Part shown: piece by piece, positions 25,356-32,000 of the stretch
How the letters are laid out: each line of letters opens with the position of its first letter
Position numbering within the stretch: the first letter of the stretch is position 1
Origin: Mucisphaera calidilacus
Lineage (GTDB): Bacteria > Planctomycetota > Phycisphaerae > Phycisphaerales > Phycisphaeraceae
Assembly: GCF_007748075.1 (NCBI RefSeq)
Contig: NZ_CP036280.1
Location: 2,250,001 to 2,282,000 of the forward strand
Reading direction: 5' to 3'
Length of the DNA stretch: 32,000 bases
Notes under the pieces: generated by a model
Told to the model about the DNA's origin: nothing
Database searches by the model: none
What the model saw: the letters and a program-made list of their open reading frames with translations, nothing else
Made by a program: the position numbers and the translations under genes

Positions 25356-26552
25356 TCACGTCGCAGACGCCGAACCCGCCAGGACCTCGAGGGTCTGACG
25401 GGCAACGACCTGCTCTTCGTCGGTGGGGATCACCCAGACCTCCACGTCACTGTTTTTCCTGCTCACCAGCGTCTCGGCGTTGCCGTCTGCGCCGGCGCTG
25501 GTCGTCTCATCAAGTCGGATGCCGAGGAAGGCAAGATCACGACAGACCGCCTCGCGGATCCGGATATTGTGCTGGCCGATCCCGCCCGTGAAGACCAGCG
25601 CGTCGACGCCGCCGAGGGCGACCGCGTACGCGCCGATGTAATGCCTGCAGGACTCGACAAACGCGTCTACCGCCAGTTGGGCACGCTCGTTGCCCTCCGA
25701 CGCGGCCTTCTGCACGTCACGCATGTCCGCGCTCACGCCACTGATCCCCAGCAGGCCGCCCTGCTTGCCCAGTTGGCTGAGGACGTCGTCCACCGACAGC
25801 CCCATCCCACGCAGCTTCAGCAACGCGTACATGTCGAAGTCGCCGACACGGGCCGCGTGCAGGATGCCGGTCTGAGGGGTTGTGCCGAACGAGTTGGCGA
25901 CGCTCTGCCCCGCCTTGATCGCGCAGGCCGAGCACGACCCGCCGAGGTGGAGGTTGATGACGCGTTTCGCCTCGGGTCGAATCTGCTGCATGCGACGCGC
26001 GATGTAAGCGTTGGAGGCTCCGTGGAAGCCGTAGCGACGCACGCCCTGCTCGGTCCAGTCGTACGGGATGCCGTACACCTGCCGGGCCATCGGGATGCTC
26101 TGGTGGAACGCCGTCTCGAACGCCGCCACCTGCCACGCATCGGGGAGCAGTTGAGCAAAGGCTTTCATGGCCGCGATGTAAGGCGGGTTGTGCGCCGGAG
26201 CGAGGTCGCTGAAGGAGGTCATCGTGTCGATGACGTCCTGATCGACGCGCACCGCACCCGAGATCGGTCCGCCATGCACGGCCTTGAAGCCGATGGCGTC
26301 GATCCGGCTGCTGTCGCCGAAACCCACCGCGGGCATTTCCGCCAACAACGCAGCGATCGCCGCCTGGTGGTCGGCGAAGTCCGCCTGACCCTCACGCGTC
26401 GCCTCACTCCCGCTCACCTTCCACGCGCTGCCGCCCTGCCCGATCCGGTCCGCGGCGCCCGATGCAAGCGCAGTCAGGCTCTCGTCCGCGCTCGTCTCGT
26501 AGAGCTTGAACTTGAGGCTGGTGGAGCCGAGATTGGCGACAAGGACGATCAT
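25356..26552 (-). CDS. ackA: Acetate kinase (acyl-phosphate:ADP phosphotransferase)
   Basis: MIVLVANLGSTSLKFKLY, AIGFKAVHGG, PAHNPP, RRYGFHGASN, INLHLGGSCS, VFTGGIGQ, VWVIPTDEE. No terminal extension that looks like an encapsulation peptide. Confidence 0.93.
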   Translation of the reverse strand: MIVLVANLGSTSLKFKLYETSADESLTALASGAADRIGQGGSAWKVSGSEATREGQADFADHQAAIAALLAEMPAVGFGDSSRIDAIGFKAVHGGPISGAVRVDQDVIDTMTSFSDLAPAHNPPYIAAMKAFAQLLPDAWQVAAFETAFHQSIPMARQVYGIPYDWTEQGVRRYGFHGASNAYIARRMQQIRPEAKRVINLHLGGSCSACAIKAGQSVANSFGTTPQTGILHAARVGDFDMYALLKLRGMGLSVDDVLSQLGKQGGLLGISGVSADMRDVQKAASEGNERAQLAVDAFVESCRHYIGAYAVALGGVDALVFTGGIGQHNIRIREAVCRDLAFLGIRLDETTSAGADGNAETLVSRKNSDVEVWVIPTDEEQVVARQTLEVLAGSASAT

Positions 26553-26585
26553 GACGCTTCCGGTGAGGGTGCTTGCGTATCAGGC

Positions 26586-26846
26586 TCAGAGCTTGTCGAC
26601 GAGCTGATCGTGCGGACGCGGGATCACGTGCGCCGCGACCAACTCACCCACCGCGCCGGCCGCTTCGGCACCGGCGTCGACCGCGGCCTTGACCGAACCG
26701 ACGTCGCCGGTCACGAGCACGGTGATGTACGCGCCGCCGATGGCGACGGACTTGCTCAGCGTCACGTCCGCGGCTTTGAGCATCGCGTCGGTGCCCTGGA
26801 TCAGGCCGGTCTGGCCACGTGTTTCGAGGATGCCGATGGCAGCCAT
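26586..26846 (-). CDS. BMC-H hexameric shell protein, paralogue 2 (atypical pore loop)
   Basis: MAAIGILETRGQTGLIQGTDAMLKAADV...SVAIGGAYITVLVTGDVGSVKAAVDAGAEAAGAVGELVAAHVIPRPHDQL. Confidence 0.9.
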   Translation of the reverse strand: MAAIGILETRGQTGLIQGTDAMLKAADVTLSKSVAIGGAYITVLVTGDVGSVKAAVDAGAEAAGAVGELVAAHVIPRPHDQLVDKL

Positions 26847-26917
26847 CTTGAGTCTCCTTGCAGGCGGTCACGCCGCCGGATTGAGGGTTCGTTCTTTGGC
26901 CCTGGTCGGGCGTGTTC

Positions 26918-27217
26918 TTACTTGCGGGTGGTCTTGCGGGCGGCGGCGGCGGGCACCATCGCGTCCAGCTCGTCGTGCGGACGGGGGATCACGTGCACGC
27001 CAACGATCTCGCCCACGCGTGAGCCCGCGGCGGCACCGGCGTCGATCGCGGCCTTCACGGCAGCAACATCACCGGTGATGAACGAGGTCACGAGACCCGA
27101 GCCGCACTTGTCCCAGCCGAGCATCTCGACGTTGGCGGCCTTGAGCATCGCGTCTGACGATTCGATCAGGGTGGCAAACCCCTTGGTTTCCAGCATGCCG
27201 AGTGCAGTCTGAGCCAT
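26918..27217 (-). CDS. BMC-H hexameric shell protein, paralogue 3 (Cys in pore loop, basic C-terminal tail)
   Basis: [84 protein letters not shown] plus the tail DAMVPAAAARKTTRK. Confidence 0.92.
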   Translation of the reverse strand: MAQTALGMLETKGFATLIESSDAMLKAANVEMLGWDKCGSGLVTSFITGDVAAVKAAIDAGAAAGSRVGEIVGVHVIPRPHDELDAMVPAAAARKTTRK

Positions 27218-27278
27218 CAGTAAGTCTCCGTTGTGACGACGCCAAGTCGTCGGGGATCAGGGTTCCGTTCAACAGGCT

Positions 27279-27974
27279 TCAAGCCTTGGTCAGTTCCATG
27301 TGCGTCGCGGTGGCCAGATGACAGGCGTTGCCCTCGTCGGTGTCGATATGCACCTCGAGCTTCACCTTGGGGTTCACACGCACGACCACGTTGTCCAGCG
27401 TCAGGCCGCAGGGCCCGTCAATCCGTAGCTTCATCTTCTCGCCGTCCACCACGTTGTACCGCTCGGCGTCCTTCGGGCTCATGTGTACGTGCCGCTGGGC
27501 ACGCACCACACCCGCGGCGAGATTCACCGCGCCGTGGGGACCTACCAGCACACCCCCTGGCGTGCCCTCGTGGTTCCCGCTGATCCGCAGCGGCAACTCG
27601 ATCCCGAGGTAGATCCCGTCGGTGTAGGAGAGTTCGACCTGGGTGTAGTCACGCGTCGGGCCGAGGATCCGCACGTTCGGGATCATCCGGTTCCGTGGGC
27701 CGATCAGGTTCACGGTCTGCTCCGAAGCAAACTCGCCGTCCTGATAGAGATTCTTCAGCACCGTCAGTTTCGAACCCGGACCAAACAGCGTCTCGAGGTC
27801 CTGCTGCGTGACGTGCACGTGCCGCGCCGAGACATTCACCACCAGCGGGTTTTCGCCCGCGGTTGCCTGCTGCGACGGGAGATTCCCCGACGACCAGCGA
27901 TCACGGAGCGCCTCGCGGACGAGTTGCTCCACCTGGGCACGGTCCATGTTGGCGAGTTGGGGCATGAGTTGCAC
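27279..27974 (-). CDS. pduL: PduL-type phosphotransacylase with N-terminal encapsulation peptide
   Basis: Two PduL half-domains: VVNVSARHVHVTQQDLETLFG...VRILGPTR and VVRAQRHVHMSPKDAERY...VRVNP...VHIDTDEGNA. N-terminus MDRAQVEQLVREALRDRW plus linker. The track start TTG 28013 is unlikely. GTG 27974 has GGAGA 5 nt upstream; ATG 27965 is the alternative. Confidence 0.9.
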   Translation of the reverse strand: MQLMPQLANMDRAQVEQLVREALRDRWSSGNLPSQQATAGENPLVVNVSARHVHVTQQDLETLFGPGSKLTVLKNLYQDGEFASEQTVNLIGPRNRMIPNVRILGPTRDYTQVELSYTDGIYLGIELPLRISGNHEGTPGGVLVGPHGAVNLAAGVVRAQRHVHMSPKDAERYNVVDGEKMKLRIDGPCGLTLDNVVVRVNPKVKLEVHIDTDEGNACHLATATHMELTKA

Positions 27975-28003
27975 GGTGATCTCCGAGAAGTGATATCGCT
28001 CAA

Positions 28004-28033
28004 AAGATACCAAATCTTCCCATCGGATGCCAA
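28004..28033 (-). promoter_or_regulatory. Candidate sigma70-like promoter of the BMC operon (TTGGCA-N18-TATCTT) in an AT-rich island
   Basis: On the minus strand, TTGGCA (28033..28028), an 18-nt spacer and TATCTT (28009..28004) would give a leader of about 20 nt that includes the GGAGA before GTG 27974. The surrounding ~70 nt are conspicuously AT-rich for this genome. Promoter rules for this lineage are uncertain. Confidence 0.25.
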
Positions 28034-28061
28034 TTTCTATCTCAAATTATCGAACAATGCC

Positions 28062-28086
28062 ACAAAACCGCTGCCAACAGCGGTTT
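28062..28086 (-). terminator. Intrinsic terminator downstream of the GH31 gene
   Basis: Perfect 9-bp inverted repeat AAACCGCTG-(4 nt)-CAGCGGTTT at 28065..28086. On the minus strand it reads AAACCGCTG TTGG CAGCGGTTTT GTGG, 40 nt after the GH31 stop codon. Confidence 0.5.
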
Positions 28087-28126
28087 ATAAGCCCGCCGAT
28101 ACGCCAACGCGTTCAATTCCTGTCAA

Positions 28127-30709
28127 TCAGGGCAAGATACGCACCGCAACCCCCGGCCGCCCCACCACACGCACTCGAACCCGCCGCTCCTGCTCCGGCC
28201 ACTGCCCCTCTTCCACCGCCATCCGCACCCGGACCTCGTCACCTTCCAGCCACGCCGACACCCGCGTCAGACGAAACGCACCGTCGCGGTACCCGAAGCC
28301 GTTGTAGGCATCTTCATAGAGAAAACCCTCCGCCATCCCCTGCTCGTTCAGGTGCACCGAAAGCGTCAGCGGGTCCAGCCGGTAATCAACCGTGTGCTGC
28401 ACGACGGGTCCCAGAGGGATCACGCTCCCGGGCCGCTGCCGCAGCTCCACCTGATAACCGTCCTCCTCGATATCTCCCTCCAGCAGCGACACCGGTCGCC
28501 AGTCGCCAGCCGGCACCGCGGGGGATTCCGCCCAGCGCGGGATCACCAGCAGGTCGCCGCCAACCATGAACGCCCGCTCCTCGCCCCGCAGTTTCAGATC
28601 TGTTGGGTCCGCCATGAAGACAGGCCGCATCACAGGCAGCCCGCGAACCGAGGCCTCCCGGAAGCAGGTGTAGAGATAAGGCAGCAGGCGGTACCGGCGT
28701 TCCAACGCCACGCGTGCGATGTTCTCCGTCTCGTCGTCGTACGTCCACGGCTCGCGATCGGGCTGTGTGCCCTTGCCGCCGAAATGACACCGGCTGAAGG
28801 GATAGAACGCCCCGACCGAGATCCAGTGTCGGAACAACTCCGCGTCCTTGGGCATATGTCCATCGAATCCGCCGATGTCCGGCCCGACAAACGGCTGGCC
28901 TGAAAGCCCAAGCGAGAGGCACATCGGGATCGACAGCCTCATATGGTTATCCGTCGGCGCGTTGTCACCTGTCCACGTCGCCGCGTACCGATGCCCGCCC
29001 AGGAAATTCGCACGCGTGAGCACAAAGGGCCGGCGATCCGGCTGGGCACGCAGCATGCCCTCTCGGGTCGCCCGTGCCATCATCATCCCGTAGATGTTGT
29101 GATGCTGCAGGTGCGACCCCGGCGGAATCCCCTCACCTCCGCGGTGCCGCGCGTCCACCGGCATCGTCGCGTCCGGCCCGCCAAACACCGCGGGCTCGTT
29201 CATGTCGTTCCAGACACCATCAACACCCTTGGCGATAAAAGGCGGGAACATCGAGGCCCACCAGTCACGCGCCTCGGGCATGGTGAAATCAGGGAACACG
29301 CTCTCACCCGCCCAGACCTTGCCGATGAATGCGGCCCCCGACGCGTCCTTCACCCAGATATCGCGTTTGGTTCCCGAGTCGTAGACGCCGTAACCCTTGT
29401 CCGGCTCCAGCTTGACGCCGGGGTTGAGCATCCACACCGCCTTGAAGTTCAGGTCGTGCAGATAGGCGTTCGTCGCCGCCGGGTCCGGGAAGCGGCGGGC
29501 GTTGTAGGTGAACACACGAAAACCGCGCATGTAATCAATATCAAACCAGAGCACGTCAACGGGCAGCCGTCGACGGCGAAACTCACGGGCGTACTTCCTG
29601 GCCATCGCGTCGTTGATGTAGGAGAAGCGACTCTGCTGAAAACCCAGCGCCCACAGGGGTGGCATCTCGATCGTCCCGGTCAACGCCGCAAGATGCTCCA
29701 GCACCTCTTCCACTGTCTCCCGTTCGAACATGTAGACGGGCACCGACGGCGCGTCCGTCTGCAGCCGCATCCCCGCTTTCAGATCAAGCGACGCCCGCCA
29801 CGTCGTGTCAAACAGCACGCCGAAAGCCGACCCGTCCGCACGCAGCCCCAGCACCCACGGGTGCGACTGATAGAGCCGCCGACCACGGTCCCTGCCGTAG
29901 CGGTAGTTGTCTGTGTTCCAAAACCGCACGAACGTCCCGTCACGAAGCAGCGGGCCTGTCACCATCCCCGTTCCGTAGAGATCCACCGCGTCCAGATCGA
30001 CATCAAGGTCAACACGCAGCCGTTCGCCGAGCCTTGTGAAGCGCGCCTCGGGCAAGCGCATCGGATCGCCGATGGCCTCGGCGGTATAGGGTGACAGCAC
30101 GAACGCGGGCGACATCGGGTGATCCGCAAGCTCGCGGTCGCTTGGCAACGCGACCACGCCGCGATCACCTACACGCGTAAGCGTTGTCTCGATCACCTGG
30201 GCGCTGTACGCCGAGATGTGCGGTGCTCCGCTGAACATCCCGCCCCCGAACCCCGTGTCGTTCACGCGAACTGCAAGACGATTCACACCCTCGCGCAGCA
30301 GGCCCGCCTTGAGCCGATAGCGACGCTCCTCATCCCATGCCGAGGCGCTGCCGTCGATCTTGCCCATCCCGCCGATGCGATCGCCGTTGAGGAAGGTCTC
30401 GTCGGCATCGTCGATACGCCCGAGATGCAGCCAGATCACCTCCTGCCCGACCAGCTTCGCCGACGCCTCAAACTCCAGGAAGTACCACCCGAAACCGTCC
30501 ATTTCCGGATACCCCGCCGCCTCCCACGCCATGCCCACCTCGATCGGCACACGCTCCGCGGGCGGCTGCGTGGACCACGACGGATCGTCACCCGCCATGA
30601 ACGTCCACCCGTCCGACAGGTCGTACCGCTCGGCCTGCCCCCACGCAGGCAACACGGCGCCCAGCAGCACCAGCACGCACCCAACCAGCCGCACGAAAAC
30701 CCCTGGCAT
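28127..30709 (-). CDS. Secreted glycoside hydrolase family 31 (alpha-glucosidase/alpha-xylosidase-like) with N-terminal galactose-binding-like domain
   Basis: Signal peptide MPGVFVRLVGCVLVLLGAVLPAWGQA. N-terminal module WYFLEFEA...WLHLGRIDDADETFLNGDRIG (GH2-N/esterase-like jelly roll). GH31 catalytic region VDVLWFDIDYM, nucleophile motif GVWNDMNEP, ATWTGDN. Confidence 0.9.
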   Translation of the reverse strand: MPGVFVRLVGCVLVLLGAVLPAWGQAERYDLSDGWTFMAGDDPSWSTQPPAERVPIEVGMAWEAAGYPEMDGFGWYFLEFEASAKLVGQEVIWLHLGRIDDADETFLNGDRIGGMGKIDGSASAWDEERRYRLKAGLLREGVNRLAVRVNDTGFGGGMFSGAPHISAYSAQVIETTLTRVGDRGVVALPSDRELADHPMSPAFVLSPYTAEAIGDPMRLPEARFTRLGERLRVDLDVDLDAVDLYGTGMVTGPLLRDGTFVRFWNTDNYRYGRDRGRRLYQSHPWVLGLRADGSAFGVLFDTTWRASLDLKAGMRLQTDAPSVPVYMFERETVEEVLEHLAALTGTIEMPPLWALGFQQSRFSYINDAMARKYAREFRRRRLPVDVLWFDIDYMRGFRVFTYNARRFPDPAATNAYLHDLNFKAVWMLNPGVKLEPDKGYGVYDSGTKRDIWVKDASGAAFIGKVWAGESVFPDFTMPEARDWWASMFPPFIAKGVDGVWNDMNEPAVFGGPDATMPVDARHRGGEGIPPGSHLQHHNIYGMMMARATREGMLRAQPDRRPFVLTRANFLGGHRYAATWTGDNAPTDNHMRLSIPMCLSLGLSGQPFVGPDIGGFDGHMPKDAELFRHWISVGAFYPFSRCHFGGKGTQPDREPWTYDDETENIARVALERRYRLLPYLYTCFREASVRGLPVMRPVFMADPTDLKLRGEERAFMVGGDLLVIPRWAESPAVPAGDWRPVSLLEGDIEEDGYQVELRQRPGSVIPLGPVVQHTVDYRLDPLTLSVHLNEQGMAEGFLYEDAYNGFGYRDGAFRLTRVSAWLEGDEVRVRMAVEEGQWPEQERRVRVRVVGRPGVAVRILP

Positions 30710-30791
30710 CCGAACCTCCGATCCTCAAGAGATCACCGAAGACCGAAAGCTACCCCCCGCCCACCGGAACGACAAGTGAACGGCCTGACCG

Positions 30792-31556
30792 TCACGCCAC
30801 GAGGTTTGCCTTGATGTAGTCGAAGCTCCGCTTCGCCGCGACAAACGGGTCATCGTCGGCCCAGTCGCGGTCCTGCTCGACGACGAACCATTCGCAGCCC
30901 GACGCCTCGGCGACGCGGATGACCTCGGCGAAATCGATGTTGCCGTCGCCGACGGAGGCCATTTTCACGGTGTTGTTGTCCAGGACCGTGTAGTCCTTGA
31001 GGTGGATCACCGGCAGGCGTCCCTTGCACTTGCCGCACCAGCCCGCCGGGCTGCCCCCGCCGAACTGCACCCAGTAGGTGTCCAGCTCGAACCCGAGGTC
31101 CGGGTTGGCGTCAAAGAGCAGTTCCATCGCGTTGACCCCGCCGTAGTTCACGAATTCCAGCGCGTGGTTGTGGTAGCTGAGCCGCAGTCCGGCTTCTTTG
31201 AACGCGTCGGCCGACACCGCCAGCTTCGCTGCCAGTTCGCGGTATCCCGCCTCGGTGTGCTCGATCGACGGGAACGGATAGGCCGTGTCGATGCAGCCGA
31301 AGGTCTTGAGCTTGTCAAAGAGCGACGCGGGGTCCGAGAGGATCGTCTTGGAATCCTCGTGCGTTGCGCAGATGACCAGTCCGTTGTCGTCGCAGATCTT
31401 GCGGACGTCATCGGGTGCGATGGGCCCGATCGCGCTGATCTGGACCGCCTTGTAGCCGATCGCCGCTGTCTTCTTCATCGCCTCGGCAAAGTCCGCCTCG
31501 GTCTTGCAATGGTCGCGAATCGTGTAGCACTGCAGGGCAACCTGATCAATCTTCAT
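30792..31556 (-). CDS. Sugar phosphate isomerase/epimerase (xylose isomerase-like TIM barrel)
   Basis: 254 aa. MKIDQVALQCYTIRD..., IGYKAVQIS, LSYHNHALEF, ELDTYWV, VIHLKDY, EWFVVEQD: the metal-ligand pattern of the AP_endonuc_2/xylose-isomerase-like family. Confidence 0.8.
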   Translation of the reverse strand: MKIDQVALQCYTIRDHCKTEADFAEAMKKTAAIGYKAVQISAIGPIAPDDVRKICDDNGLVICATHEDSKTILSDPASLFDKLKTFGCIDTAYPFPSIEHTEAGYRELAAKLAVSADAFKEAGLRLSYHNHALEFVNYGGVNAMELLFDANPDLGFELDTYWVQFGGGSPAGWCGKCKGRLPVIHLKDYTVLDNNTVKMASVGDGNIDFAEVIRVAEASGCEWFVVEQDRDWADDDPFVAAKRSFDYIKANLVA

Positions 31557-31583
31557 GTCATCATCTCCAGACGTTCAACAGAC

Positions 31584-32000
31584 TCAGAACGAGGCGTTCA
31601 TGTCGTCACGGGCACGAACGGTTTCCTTCTTCACAAAACGACTCGAAGCGATCCGCTCCTCGAGCAGACGCGTGTATTCATCGGCCGGCACGGGCAGCAC
31701 GGCCGTCTGATCCGTCCACGCCGAGTAGAGCATCGCGTTGGCGAGTTCGACCCCATGAATCCCCTCGACACCCGGTCCCAGCAGTGGCTCCTCGGCGAGG
31801 ATCGCCGCGACGAAGTTCTTGCAGATCCCCTTGTGCTGCTCGCCCTTGCCCGAGACGGGAATGGTGACGTCCCAGTGCTCCGGTCCCTTGAATCGCTCGG
31901 GCGTCGTCGCGTTGTGCTCCGAGACCGGCACCTCCGTGCGCAGGAAGCGGAACCCGCCGCCGGCGTCGCGGCTTGTATCGATCACCACCTTGCCGCGGTC
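31584..32000 (-). CDS. Gfo/Idh/MocA-family oxidoreductase, C-terminal part (gene runs off the right edge)
   Basis: The frame stays open to position 32000 (DRGKVVIDTSRDAGGGF...), so the GTG at 31988 in the track is internal. The C-terminal dimerisation-domain pattern FVAAILAEEPLLGPGVEGIHGVELANAMLYSAWTDQTAVLPV is typical of the family. Confidence 0.6.
   Translation of the reverse strand, partial: DRGKVVIDTSRDAGGGFRFLRTEVPVSEHNATTPERFKGPEHWDVTIPVSGKGEQHKGICKNFVAAILAEEPLLGPGVEGIHGVELANAMLYSAWTDQTAVLPVPADEYTRLLEERIASSRFVKKETVRARDDMNASF

Noticed and set aside
25323-27212. 629-aa plus-strand ORF across the ackA and BMC-H region (also 22987..24144, 23574..24821, 22159..23223, 20562..21749)
   Set aside because: All lie antisense to, or in alternative frames of, strongly supported BMC operon genes. 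Their compositions are dominated by R, G, D, V and A with no domain signatures.
28121-28126. Perfect TTGACA -35 hexamer on the minus strand right after the GH31 stop
   Set aside because: There is no acceptable -10 at 16-19 nt, and it lies upstream of the terminator hairpin, so a transcript started here would be terminated before reaching pduL.
16644-28126. tRNA-Ser as the attachment site of a horizontally acquired BMC island
   Set aside because: There is no integrase, no transposase and no direct repeat of the tRNA 3' end that I could find by eye. Composition looks uniform with the flanks. A genome comparison would be needed to test this.
28127-30709. Idea that the GH31 enzyme is a sulfoquinovosidase feeding sulfolactaldehyde to the BMC
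   Set aside because: The nucleophile region reads WNDMNEP, the alpha-glucosidase/xylosidase-type motif, rather than the YihQ-type motif I recall. There are no sulfoglycolysis genes in the window.
1-32000. CRISPR arrays, tandem repeats, IS elements, toxin-antitoxin or defence-system gene pairs
   Set aside because: I noticed no regularly spaced direct repeats and no nuclease, helicase, methylase, transposase or integrase-like ORFs in any frame. Manual inspection cannot exclude short or degenerate repeats.

Overview
GC-rich bacterial chromosomal window (roughly two-thirds G+C by eye, strong GC3 codon bias), densely coding. I can support 37 CDS (two cut by the window edges), one tRNA-Ser(CGA), one good intrinsic terminator and a few weak hairpin or promoter candidates. 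I saw no rRNA, CRISPR array, transposase, integrase or phage genes. Positions 1-18 kb hold ordinary housekeeping and envelope genes: actinobacterial-type LeuB, a membrane GT2, a URO-D-like protein, a CBS pair, nrdR, a YmdB-like phosphoesterase, a GGDEF cyclase, purU, lpdA, a thioredoxin-fold protein, an ankyrin protein, a eukaryote-type GT3 glycogen synthase, an ACT protein, an NAD epimerase, a rhodanese and an Omp85-like barrel. The stand-out is about 18.0-28.1 kb on the minus strand. It is one co-directional operon for a bacterial microcompartment (BMC) metabolosome with 3 BMC-H and 3 BMC-P shell genes and no BMC-T. The gene order is PduL phosphotransacylase, BMC-H, BMC-H, acetate kinase, BMC-H, BMC-P, CoA-acylating aldehyde dehydrogenase, BMC-P, an RpiB-fold protein of unknown role, BMC-P, class II aldolase, an LDH/MDH-family dehydrogenase, a DeoR regulator and an AEC transporter. 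This content matches what I recall of the Planctomycetes/Verrucomicrobia (PVM) fucose/rhamnose-type BMC, so the family is not new. Several details in this locus still deserve follow-up:
- an RpiB-like cargo protein with a degenerate active site that is start/stop-overlapped with vertex genes on both sides
- a shared encapsulation-helix motif on four proteins
- a Cys-rich aldolase tail
- an Arg at the LDH/MDH specificity position
- divergent shell pore loops
- hairpins at the gene junctions.
Upstream of the operon lie a secreted GH31 glycosidase, a sugar-isomerase TIM barrel and a Gfo/Idh/MocA oxidoreductase. PATR repeats, the PVM-type BMC and the GC content suggest a Planctomycetota/PVC origin; this is inference only. 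All calls rest on reading the translations and my memory of family motifs. No searches were run.
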